From the IMG/VR virus record IMGVR_UViG_3300028844_004984: a stretch of DNA of 64,000 nucleotides; one strand, given 5' to 3'. This document shows, piece after piece, positions 8,585 to 17,522 of this stretch. The notes beneath the pieces are model-generated. The model saw only the letters and a list, made by a program, of their open reading frames with translations, did no database searches and had not been told where the DNA came from. The DNA comes from a virus. The first letter of the stretch is position 1; each line of letters starts with the position of its first letter. A program made the position numbers and the translations under genes.

Positions 8585-11101
8585 ATGTATCAAAACGCTT
8601 ATTACGAAAAAGAGGGTGGTATCATCCATTGCTGGGATGATGAAAAAGGTTACTTTACCAAAAAGTATCGTAACTATGGTTATGTTAGAGATGGTAATGG
8701 TTCTTACGAATCAATCTATGGGGAACGGTTGAAGAAGATTAACTTTTGGAAAAACGAAGATAATCTAAAACTTTATGAATCGGATGTAAATGAAATGACC
8801 CGTTTCTTAATCGATGAATATGGTGATTCAGACGAGGTATCCACTGGTCATACTGTACTAACCTTTGATATTGAGGTAGAGATGAATAGTGGACTGCCCG
8901 ATACAGATAAAGCAGAGAATACTATGACTTCTGTAGCATTCCACGATTCAGCAACAAACGATTATTATGCTTATGTACTAAGTGAGGGTGAAGAGATAAA
9001 CAAAACTATCAAAGGGGCTAAAGTCCGTTCCTTTCGTAGTGAAGAAGATATGTTGATAGCATTTGTAAATGCTTGGGAAGAGATTTCACCGACTATCATT
9101 ACGGGATGGAACATTGACTTCTTTGATGTTACATATTTGTACAATCGATTAAAGCGGGTACTTGGGACATCAACAGCAAATAGGCTATCCCCAATCAGAA
9201 AAGTACATTGGAACAAATATCGTAAACGTTACATCATCGCAGGTGTATCTGCATTGGATTACATCGCATTATTTAAGAACTTTACATATACGGAATATCC
9301 CAACTATCGCTTGGATACTATCGCTAAATTAGAATTAGGTAGAGGGAAGATTGAGTACGAAGGAAACTTAGACCAATTATTCAGAGATGATATTGAGAAG
9401 TTTGTTGAATATAACTTAGTTGATGTTGAGTTGGTGGTAGATATGGATAAGAAACTACAATTCATCGATTTGGCTAGAGCAATATGCCATGCGGGTCATG
9501 TGTTCTATGAAGATTTCTTATTCTCATCGAAATGGTTAGAGGGAGCAATTCTCACATTCCTTAGACGGAGTGGTAGGGTAGCTCCGAACAAACCACAGCG
9601 GATGTTTAAAAATGCTGATGGTTCTGATGGGGAAGGTAAGTTTATAGGTGCATATGTAAAACAACCAAAGCCCGGCCTTTACAAATGGGTATACGATTTG
9701 GATTTAACATCACTATACCCATCAATCATTATGAGTATCAATATCTCACCTGAAACTAAGATTGGTAAGGTGAAGAACTACTCCGCTGAAGAATCTATGA
9801 AGGGAAATATTGAATCATATTCTATTATAGATAATAATGGTAGTGAATCAAAGCCCGTATCAAAAGAACACTTTACCAACTTTATTGAACAACAAAAGCT
9901 ATCAATAGCATCAAATGGTGTGTTGTATTCACAGAATAGGGTTGGTATCATACCTGAGATTCTTAACGTGTGGTTTGATAAGAGAGTAGAGTACAAAGAC
10001 CTGATGAAAAAATATGGTAAAGAGGGTAATGATGAACTTTATAAGTTCTACTCTCAGCGCCAGTTGGTACAAAAAATTATGTTGAATTCCCTTTACGGAG
10101 TATTGGGATTACCATCATTCAGATTCTACGATGTTGATAACGCAGAAGCAGTAACACTTACAGGTCAGACTGTAATTAAAACAACTGAGATGATTGCCAA
10201 TCAATACTATAGTAAGAACATTGGTGAAACAAAAGATTACAACATCTATGTTGATACTGATTCTGTATTCTATGAAGCAGCACCATTGGTAAAGGCTAGG
10301 AATCCTAATATTGATGTAACATCTGATAAAGAAATGATTCCAGCTATTCTATCAGTTGCTAAAGAGGTTGAGGACCATATCAATAAAGTATATGATTCAA
10401 TGGCATTGAAAATGTTCAATATTAATTCACATAGATTTGATATTAAGCAAGAAACTATCGCTAAGGGTGGGTTTTGGGTATCTAAGAAAAGATACGCTCA
10501 ATGGATTATCAACGATAACACTGTAGATTGTGATAAGTTGGATGTGAAAGGATTGGATGTGAAACGTTCATCATTCCCAACTTACTTCAAAGAAGTGATG
10601 AGTACTGTGTTGATGGATATCCTAAAGGATGAGAACAAAGATAAAATTGATGAGTATATTCTTAGGAAGAAAGATGAGATGAAAACTACCAACTTTATCG
10701 ATATAGCAAAGAATTCAGCAGTTAAAGGTATGAGTAAGTATACATTTAAGAATCAAGCACTGGGTGAGTTTATGAAAGGAACACCAGCGCATGTTAAAGC
10801 AGCACTTACTTACAATCAACTATTGAAATATTATAATGCAGCATTTAAATTTGAACCAATGAAAGATGGTGATAAGATTAAGTGGGTGTATTTGAAACCT
10901 AATCCATTAGGATTAGACTCCGTTGGGTTGACGGGATATAACGACCCGAAAGAGATTTTGGATTTGGTAGAACAGCATATAGATTATGAGCTAATTTGGA
11001 CAAAAGAATTAGAGAATAAGTTAGATGATTTCTACAAAGCAATGGGGTGGGAAAAGCCAAATCCGAATCTAGCAAAAGCATCACAATTTTTTGGATTTTA
11101 A
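8585..11101 (+). CDS. Family B DNA polymerase (T4 gp43-like)
   Basis: FDIE, GWNIDFFD, YNLVD exonuclease motifs; DLTSLYPS, KIMLNSLYG, YVDTDS, KKRY. Confidence 0.97.
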   Translation: MYQNAYYEKEGGIIHCWDDEKGYFTKKYRNYGYVRDGNGSYESIYGERLKKINFWKNEDNLKLYESDVNEMTRFLIDEYGDSDEVSTGHTVLTFDIEVEMNSGLPDTDKAENTMTSVAFHDSATNDYYAYVLSEGEEINKTIKGAKVRSFRSEEDMLIAFVNAWEEISPTIITGWNIDFFDVTYLYNRLKRVLGTSTANRLSPIRKVHWNKYRKRYIIAGVSALDYIALFKNFTYTEYPNYRLDTIAKLELGRGKIEYEGNLDQLFRDDIEKFVEYNLVDVELVVDMDKKLQFIDLARAICHAGHVFYEDFLFSSKWLEGAILTFLRRSGRVAPNKPQRMFKNADGSDGEGKFIGAYVKQPKPGLYKWVYDLDLTSLYPSIIMSINISPETKIGKVKNYSAEESMKGNIESYSIIDNNGSESKPVSKEHFTNFIEQQKLSIASNGVLYSQNRVGIIPEILNVWFDKRVEYKDLMKKYGKEGNDELYKFYSQRQLVQKIMLNSLYGVLGLPSFRFYDVDNAEAVTLTGQTVIKTTEMIANQYYSKNIGETKDYNIYVDTDSVFYEAAPLVKARNPNIDVTSDKEMIPAILSVAKEVEDHINKVYDSMALKMFNINSHRFDIKQETIAKGGFWVSKKRYAQWIINDNTVDCDKLDVKGLDVKRSSFPTYFKEVMSTVLMDILKDENKDKIDEYILRKKDEMKTTNFIDIAKNSAVKGMSKYTFKNQALGEFMKGTPAHVKAALTYNQLLKYYNAAFKFEPMKDGDKIKWVYLKPNPLGLDSVGLTGYNDPKEILDLVEQHIDYELIWTKELENKLDDFYKAMGWEKPNPNLAKASQFFGF

Positions 11102-11133
11102 TTTGGATATTCCAAAATAAATTCGTATATTTA
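11102..11133 (+). promoter_or_regulatory. Bacteroidota-type promoter
   Basis: TTTGG-N19-TATATTTA. Confidence 0.75.
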
Positions 11134-11164
11134 AGACCAATAAACAATAAATAATTAATTTCAT

Positions 11165-11860
11165 ATGAAAAAAGCAAGTATTGAAAGTTTCATTAACCGA
11201 TACAATCTCGGTGGTGAAGTAGAATCGGTAAAGATTACATCTACTGATTCGGAGATGAAGGTAAGTTTTATCTCAGATGATAAAACTTTGTTAGGAGAGG
11301 TAACCTCTAAAGAGGGTGATTTTCCCAATGGTGAGTTTGGTGTTTACACAACTTCTCAGTTAAAAGCACTTTTGGGTGTATTAGAATCTAATGTGGAGGT
11401 TGACTCTACTGAATCTTACATCAAGTTTTCAGATAAGGGTACATCGGTTAATTATATGCTGGCAGACCTTTCTGTGATTCCAGTTGTTCCTGATTTGAAG
11501 CAAGTACCACCTTTCAACTCAGAAGTTACTTTGAACGATGAGTTTACATCTAAGTTTATCAAATCAAAAGGAGCGCTGAGTGAATCAGATACATTTACAT
11601 TTAGTTGTATTGGTGATAAGGGTGAGGTTGTTTTAGGATATTCCACAATTAACACTAACCGAATCTCAATCTCAGTAGAATGTAAGTGTGATGGGGATGT
11701 ACAACCAATCTCATTTTCAGCTAAGTATCTGAAAGAAATCCTAAATGCTAACAGAGCCTCTAAATCTGCTACATTAAAAATTTCATCGCAGGGGCTTTCT
11801 TACATTGAATTTGAAACAGATACCATCACATCAAAATACTATTTGGTAGAGATTAAATAA
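11165..11860 (+). CDS. Sliding clamp (T4 gp45-like)
   Basis: 231 aa between polB and clamp loader; EFGVY...L..L, Y.LAD, IS..GL, Y.L pattern. Confidence 0.8.
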   Translation: MKKASIESFINRYNLGGEVESVKITSTDSEMKVSFISDDKTLLGEVTSKEGDFPNGEFGVYTTSQLKALLGVLESNVEVDSTESYIKFSDKGTSVNYMLADLSVIPVVPDLKQVPPFNSEVTLNDEFTSKFIKSKGALSESDTFTFSCIGDKGEVVLGYSTINTNRISISVECKCDGDVQPISFSAKYLKEILNANRASKSATLKISSQGLSYIEFETDTITSKYYLVEIK

Positions 11861-13074
11861 TGAGTATGAACTTTTGGGATACAGAACCAGCTAAACCAAT
11901 CTTTGACTTTGAAACTCAAAAGAGGGAGTTAATCGAAAATATGGATTATCTATCTTCGATGACAGTTGAAGAACAAACACTTTACAAAAAGTGGGTTGAG
12001 TTACAAGAGCCCTCTATGATTAGGGATAAATCGCACATTGCGGAACTATACCCAACACAGTGGGCTCCGGCTGATATTAACAATTTGGAACAAACCATTT
12101 CGGAGATTGAAGCGTTAGAACCTTATGTTGAGATTGTAGAAGATGCTAAGGATTCTACTAAATGGGCATATCTCAGAAGGATGATTCATACAATGGGGTT
12201 TACCGCCAATCCTGGTCGAAACGTTAAGATTAATGTTAAAGATAGGGTTACTGGAAAGCTTTTAGGGCAGATATCACTAGCATCTGATGTAACCTCTATG
12301 AAGGTTAGAGATGACTATATTGGGTGGAGTAAAGATAATAAGTTCGTAGATAAAAAACTCAACCATACTACAATAGCATCTACAATTGTGTGTACTCAGC
12401 CACTTGGATTTAACTTCTTAGGTGGTAAGTTAGTTGCTATGATGACCACTGTGCCTGAAGTGAGGGAGTTTTGGAAAGATAAATATGGCCAGACCCTTAT
12501 AGCAGTTGGGACTACATCTCTGTATGGAATTCACTCTCAGTACAATGGTATTCCTCACTTCAAAACATTAGGTGAATCGGCCGGAAAGATTTCAATAAAA
12601 CCAGATGATAAGTACTACGAACCTTGGCATCAATGGATTAAAGAAAACAGAGCAGATTGGTACGAAACTGCAATTACGAATGAAAGAATCCGTAATGGTA
12701 AAAGTATGGGTGTAGCAAGTGGGCCTGTAAGTGGTATCAAACAAAAGATTCTTGGGCAGATATTCAAAGAATGTGGTATCAAACAATCAGATTATCATCA
12801 TGGGTTTAAAAGAGGTGTATATCTCGCTATGATGTATGAGAATGGGCCGGAGTTCCTTAAAGGTGAAATTGGTGAAGATGAGCTAAAGATGAAGCAGAAG
12901 TTCGAAGAGGGTGTGGATTACATCAGTAGATGGTGGAAGAAAAAGGCAATAAAACGATACACCAAACTACACTCTGAAGGTAGATTGAAGCCAGAGCATT
13001 TGTTCTATATCGATGCGATTGGTATGAGTTGGGAAGATATGAAAAGTAAGTATTTGAAAGAAGTTGGTAGATAA
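11860..13074 (+). CDS. DUF4338 / DruA-like protein
   Basis: PGR...V.D..TGK.LG.I.L.S....RD.YIGW, QP.G.N.LGGKL.A, TTSLYG..SQY. Confidence 0.75.
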   Translation: MSMNFWDTEPAKPIFDFETQKRELIENMDYLSSMTVEEQTLYKKWVELQEPSMIRDKSHIAELYPTQWAPADINNLEQTISEIEALEPYVEIVEDAKDSTKWAYLRRMIHTMGFTANPGRNVKINVKDRVTGKLLGQISLASDVTSMKVRDDYIGWSKDNKFVDKKLNHTTIASTIVCTQPLGFNFLGGKLVAMMTTVPEVREFWKDKYGQTLIAVGTTSLYGIHSQYNGIPHFKTLGESAGKISIKPDDKYYEPWHQWIKENRADWYETAITNERIRNGKSMGVASGPVSGIKQKILGQIFKECGIKQSDYHHGFKRGVYLAMMYENGPEFLKGEIGEDELKMKQKFEEGVDYISRWWKKKAIKRYTKLHSEGRLKPEHLFYIDAIGMSWEDMKSKYLKEVGR

Positions 13075-14006
13075 TGAATAACACAGAAAACACACTTTGG
13101 GTTGAGAAGTACAGACCCGATACATTGGAAGGGTATGTTGGAAACGAACATATCCTTGAGAAAGTAAAGATTTACATTGAGAATGAGGATGTACCTCACT
13201 TGCTACTCTATGGTGTGGCGGGTACTGGTAAGACTACCCTCGCTAAAATCATTACCAATCAGATTGATTGTGATGTGATGTACATCAACGCTTCGGATGA
13301 AAACAACGTAGATACAGTTAGGGATAAGATTAGAGGATTCGCATCATCGATGGGATTCCGTAAGTGGAAAGTGATTATTTTGGATGAGAGCGATTACCTA
13401 ACTCCGAACGCACAGGCGGCACTTCGTAATCTAATGGAAACGTTCTCCAAAACAACACGATTCATTTTGACGTGTAACTATGTTGAAAAAATCATCGACC
13501 CAATTCAGAGTAGATGCCAAACGTTTGGTATTACACCACCATCTAAGAAAGAGGTGGCGCTGCGTTTGAAAGAGATTTTGGATTCTGAGAATGTATCATA
13601 TGAGATGCAGGATTTAGCTATTTTGGTAAATAGTGGATATCCTGATATTCGTAGAGTTCTGAACGCAGGACAACGGCAGGTTATAAAGGGTGAATTGAAG
13701 ATTGATAAAACATCAACGATTCAAGCGAATTATATGGATGAGGTATTGAATGTACTTAAATCTGATGGTAATGTAAAAGAGGTGTTCCTAAAGAGTAGGC
13801 AGATTATCGCAGATTCAAAAGTTAAGGACTTCACACCATTCTACAGATTTTTGTACGATAATGTAGATGATTTCGCAGCTGGAAAAGTGGGTAACACAAT
13901 AATCAAAATTGCAGATGCTCAATACAAAGATGCATCAGTAGTGGATAAAGAAATCAACATCGTAGCGATGTTATTGGAAATTTTAATTGATATCAAAGGA
14001 AAATAA
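13074..14006 (+). CDS. Clamp loader ATPase subunit (T4 gp44 / RFC small-like)
   Basis: WVEKYRP, GVAGTGKTT, NASDE, LDE.D, SRC. Confidence 0.95.
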   Translation: MNNTENTLWVEKYRPDTLEGYVGNEHILEKVKIYIENEDVPHLLLYGVAGTGKTTLAKIITNQIDCDVMYINASDENNVDTVRDKIRGFASSMGFRKWKVIILDESDYLTPNAQAALRNLMETFSKTTRFILTCNYVEKIIDPIQSRCQTFGITPPSKKEVALRLKEILDSENVSYEMQDLAILVNSGYPDIRRVLNAGQRQVIKGELKIDKTSTIQANYMDEVLNVLKSDGNVKEVFLKSRQIIADSKVKDFTPFYRFLYDNVDDFAAGKVGNTIIKIADAQYKDASVVDKEINIVAMLLEILIDIKGK

Positions 14007-14008
14007 TT

Positions 14009-14278
14009 ATGGCAAAAGGAAAGGGAAAATCAAAAATAGTTGGAATGGGACAACCAACACAACAAGCACCACAAATGCAGTTAGACCCAACAAAGTTACC
14101 AACGGTACATTGTGAGAATTGTGATTCTATTTTTTGGGAAGAAGTGACAATGTTCAAAGAAGTTCCAGCGGTTCAATCACCGAATGGGCAGAAATCAATG
14201 TTACCAATTCCTGTAGTTAGATGTGCAGAGTGTGGGCATGTATCGGAAAAGTTTTTACCTAAAGAGTTATTACCTTAA
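14009..14278 (+). CDS. Small zinc-ribbon protein
   Basis: CENC ... CAECGH. Confidence 0.65.
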   Translation: MAKGKGKSKIVGMGQPTQQAPQMQLDPTKLPTVHCENCDSIFWEEVTMFKEVPAVQSPNGQKSMLPIPVVRCAECGHVSEKFLPKELLP

Positions 14279-14733
14279 TGGCAAAAAAGAAAAGTGATAA
14301 CACTGTAAAGGCTAAGAGTATCTTCCAACATCTTAGTGGTATAAAGGAGAAAAAAGATTCTTGGGAATCTCTATCTGAGATGGATAAGAAATCATTTACT
14401 CCATTTATCATAAATCGTTGGTTAAGTATGAACTTGGACTTACTACCTATCATAAATGTACTACAGAAGTACACAATCGGCTTGTTATCCGCCAGAGATG
14501 TATACAAAGTGTATTTGGATTTTCTACCAAAGCAAAAAACATTTGATAAGTACATCAAAGGTAAGAAAGATGGTAAGTACAACAAAGAGTTACTACAACA
14601 CCTATCAACTTGGTATGGTGTATCACATAGAGAAGTAATTGATTATTTGGATATACTACCAAAGGATGAGGTGATTTCGATTCTAATGAAGTATGGTATG
14701 ACCGATAAGGAAGCAAAAAAGTTATTGAAATGA
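14278..14733 (+). CDS. Clamp loader small subunit (T4 gp62-like)
   Basis: F.PFIINRWLS, LPK.K.F.KYIK, Y.VS.RE...YL.IL; position after gp44-like gene. Confidence 0.7.
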   Translation: MAKKKSDNTVKAKSIFQHLSGIKEKKDSWESLSEMDKKSFTPFIINRWLSMNLDLLPIINVLQKYTIGLLSARDVYKVYLDFLPKQKTFDKYIKGKKDGKYNKELLQHLSTWYGVSHREVIDYLDILPKDEVISILMKYGMTDKEAKKLLK

Positions 14734-15140
14734 GCGAAGTATTAAGAGAATCAAAAACCAAAGTAGTTCACAGAGGTGAGCGAGTGGTTACAACGAATAA
14801 AGAAGAAACTGCAGTACAATACTGCGAACGAATGTATCCTGATACCACAAATGAGTTCAAAGTTATTTTGGATGAGATGTATGATACATTCTGTAAGAAG
14901 CAACGTAACTATGGGCCAGGTAATATTTCGGTGGGAACTGATTTGAAAACCGATGATGATAAGAAGTTATCATTAACTGGGCTGTGGTTCAGAATCAACG
15001 ATAAGGTTCAGCGATTGAAGCAATTGGTTGTATTAGGTCAACCAGATGAGGTTGGAGAATCAGTACAAGATACATATCAGGATTTGAGTGTATATGGTGT
15101 GATTGCTCAGATTGTTCAACGTGGAAAGTGGGCTAAATGA
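14730..15140 (+). CDS. DUF1599 / nucleotide-modification-associated domain 1 (Nmad1)-like protein
   Basis: F.KK..NYG..N, G.WFRINDK.QRL, ESV.DT..DL.VY. Confidence 0.75.
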   Translation: MSEVLRESKTKVVHRGERVVTTNKEETAVQYCERMYPDTTNEFKVILDEMYDTFCKKQRNYGPGNISVGTDLKTDDDKKLSLTGLWFRINDKVQRLKQLVVLGQPDEVGESVQDTYQDLSVYGVIAQIVQRGKWAK

Positions 15141-15574
15141 ACTGGAATGAATATTTCAGAGGTATAGCACACCAAGTAAAACTAAAATCAAAGGATGAAC
15201 GTACTCAGATAGGTGCTGTTATCGTTGGAACTGATAACGAAATCGTATCAACTGGGTACAATTCATTTCCCAGAGGTATTGTTGATTCTAAATCAGAAAG
15301 ACAAGAAAGGCCTGAAAAATACTATTGGTTTGAGCACGCAGAACGAAACGCAATCTACAACGCAGCTAGAATTGGAGTATCCACGAAAGGTTGTAGAATG
15401 TATCTAACTTGTGGTATTCCGTGTTCTGATTGTGCTAGGGGTATTATAAACGCAGGTATCATCGAAATCTATTGTGAGCGAGAGGGTGGTGCAACGGGCA
15501 GTAAGTGGGATGAATCAGCTATCCGTTCAATGAAGATGTTCAATGAAACTGGAATAGAAATAAAATTCTATTAA
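15137..15574 (+). CDS. dCMP deaminase
   Basis: GYN, HAE.NAI, PCSDC zinc motifs. Confidence 0.92.
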   Translation: MNWNEYFRGIAHQVKLKSKDERTQIGAVIVGTDNEIVSTGYNSFPRGIVDSKSERQERPEKYYWFEHAERNAIYNAARIGVSTKGCRMYLTCGIPCSDCARGIINAGIIEIYCEREGGATGSKWDESAIRSMKMFNETGIEIKFY

Positions 15575-15596
15575 TTCAAAAAAATTAATCAAAATA

Positions 15597-15628
15597 GTTG
15601 GATATTCCAAATAATTTTCTTATATTAG
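15597..15628 (+). promoter_or_regulatory. Bacteroidota-type promoter
   Basis: GTTGG-N19-TATATTAG. Confidence 0.7.
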
Positions 15629-15632
15629 TGTA

Positions 15633-16580
15633 GTGAAAGATAGTAAGATAAATAACGTATTTTCTCTTGGTATTAGAGAACCCAGTGATGGAGATGTTGG
15701 GGTATCATACTCCCAATACACAATGTATGCTAATTGCCCACATCAATGGAAGCTGAACTATATGGATGGTAACAGAACGTTTGACCCATCCATACATTTG
15801 GTGTTTGGTACAGCAATGCATGAAACACTACAAGAGTGGTTGGATATACTGTACAACAAATCACCCAAAGAAGCATCTGAGATAGATTTGGGTAAGATGT
15901 TGTATGAGTGTATGATTACCGAATATACAAAGATGCGTAAACAGACTGGTGTTGAATTTAGTTCACCATCTGAAATGGAGGAGTTCTTAGAAGATGGAAT
16001 TGAGATTCTGAACTTTGTTACAAAGAATCGCTTGGATTACTTCAATACACGTCATATGAAACTTCTAGCCATTGAGTTACCAATCTACGCTAAAGCTATG
16101 GAATCTCATAATGTATATATGAGAGGGTTCTTAGATTTGGTGTTTGAGGATACATATGAGAATAAGATTCAGATTTGGGATATCAAAACATCAACAATGG
16201 GTTGGAATAAGTGGCAAAAAGCAGATAAAACCAAAACAGCTCAGTTGGTTCTGTACAAAAAATTCCTATCCGAACAATTTGGTTACCCAATTGATAACAT
16301 CAGTACCAAATACTTCATCGTAAAGAGAAAGTTGCACGAAGGTATGATGTTTGCTCAAAAGAGGGTGCAAGAATTTGTACCTTCTAGTGGTAAACCCACA
16401 CTAAATAAGATAACAAAAAGTTTTGAAGATTTCATCAGAAATTCATTCAACGAAGATGGTAGCTACCGAAAAGAATCTGAGTTCCCTGCTATGGCGGGTA
16501 AGAACAATAAGAATTGTAAGTGGTGTCCGTTCAAAAATGATTTTGAGAAATGTCCGAAAGAGAATAGACATAAAGTATGA
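15633..16580 (+). CDS. PD-(D/E)XK RecB/Cas4-like exonuclease
   Basis: SYSQ...CP, GTAMH, G.LD, DIKT, QL.LY, C-terminal CKWCPF...C. Confidence 0.85.
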   Translation: MKDSKINNVFSLGIREPSDGDVGVSYSQYTMYANCPHQWKLNYMDGNRTFDPSIHLVFGTAMHETLQEWLDILYNKSPKEASEIDLGKMLYECMITEYTKMRKQTGVEFSSPSEMEEFLEDGIEILNFVTKNRLDYFNTRHMKLLAIELPIYAKAMESHNVYMRGFLDLVFEDTYENKIQIWDIKTSTMGWNKWQKADKTKTAQLVLYKKFLSEQFGYPIDNISTKYFIVKRKLHEGMMFAQKRVQEFVPSSGKPTLNKITKSFEDFIRNSFNEDGSYRKESEFPAMAGKNNKNCKWCPFKNDFEKCPKENRHKV

Positions 16581-17119
16581 AGAAGATTTTATTGATTGTA
16601 CCATTTTTGGTTGCAGCTGGGATTTCCAATAATCGGTTCAATTTAGAACCGATTGTGGTATTACAACCAAAAGAAATAAAAGGTGATACACCTAACTCAG
16701 CTAAGTTAAAAACTATCACAAATTATGTTGATTGGACACCATTAATCCGAGCTATGATTCAAGTCGAAAGTCGAGGTAATGATTCGGCATATAACAAACG
16801 TGAGGAAGCTGTGGGATGTTTACAAATCAGACCAATTATGCTAAAAGAATGTAATCGTATTCTAACGCTGATTGGTGTTGATAAACAATACACATTAGAT
16901 GATAGGTGGAATCGAACTAAATCAATTGAAATATTTTATGTAGTAAACAATCATCATCACAAAAATGGAACATATGAAGAAATCGCGAGGGCCTGGAATG
17001 GTGGTCCGAACTGGGCTAAAAAGGGCGGTACAAAAAGATATTGGAAAAAAGTACAAAAGCAACTCAAAAAACAATTTAAAGAAAATGAACGTAGCGGTGA
17101 TAGGTTCTCCGAAGTATGA
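16577..17119 (+). CDS. Lysozyme-like / lytic transglycosylase with signal peptide
   Basis: IQVES.G, GCLQI, AR.WNGGP; hydrophobic N-terminus. Confidence 0.8.
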   Translation: MKKILLIVPFLVAAGISNNRFNLEPIVVLQPKEIKGDTPNSAKLKTITNYVDWTPLIRAMIQVESRGNDSAYNKREEAVGCLQIRPIMLKECNRILTLIGVDKQYTLDDRWNRTKSIEIFYVVNNHHHKNGTYEEIARAWNGGPNWAKKGGTKRYWKKVQKQLKKQFKENERSGDRFSEV

Positions 17120-17480
17120 GAATGTTAGAAAGTTGCGAGAATTTCTGTTCACAATCAAAGAAAAGCTAGGAACTGAAATTAACATTATAAGTAGGGGTAA
17201 TAAAGATGGTTGTGAAAAATATGTTCGTAAGTATACATTAGAGTTTGGGTTAAGATACACCGAATACAACGCAGCACATACGAACAGAAATCTATACAGT
17301 GGTATGAGTGATGAGTACTATGATAAACCATTTCATCCAACACAAACATTACATCAATATGATTGTATAGTAAAACACGCTGATAAATTATTCTACTTTG
17401 GTGGTATAAAAGCATCTGAGCAAAGACACTTCGAAAAATTGCTAAAACGGTATGGAAAGCGTGTTACATATATGGTTTAA
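17085..17480 (+). CDS. SLOG-superfamily (DUF2493/YspA-like) protein
   Basis: MNVAVIGS..Y, ISRG..DGCE; ATG 17085. Confidence 0.55.
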   Translation: MNVAVIGSPKYENVRKLREFLFTIKEKLGTEINIISRGNKDGCEKYVRKYTLEFGLRYTEYNAAHTNRNLYSGMSDEYYDKPFHPTQTLHQYDCIVKHADKLFYFGGIKASEQRHFEKLLKRYGKRVTYMV

Positions 17481-17494
17481 TTAAATCGATTTAG

Positions 17495-17502
17495 ATACTT
17501 AT
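17495..17502 (+). promoter_or_regulatory. Putative phage late promoter (ATA[CT]TTAT class)
   Basis: ATACTTAT in the intergenic gap before the glycan island. Confidence 0.55.
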
Positions 17503-17522
17503 TTAAAAGAAATAAAAGAGTT

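Noticed and set aside
2660-11101. Introns or inteins in nrdA, polB or neighbours
   Set aside because: The ORFs are continuous and of ordinary length.
11860-13074. Druantia anti-phage system
   Set aside because: Only a DruA-like gene is present, with no DruE helicase or other Dru genes, and the context is a phage replisome.
15633-16580. CRISPR-Cas locus (Cas4-like gene)
   Set aside because: No repeat-spacer array or other cas genes were seen; solo Cas4/RecB-like nucleases are common in phages.
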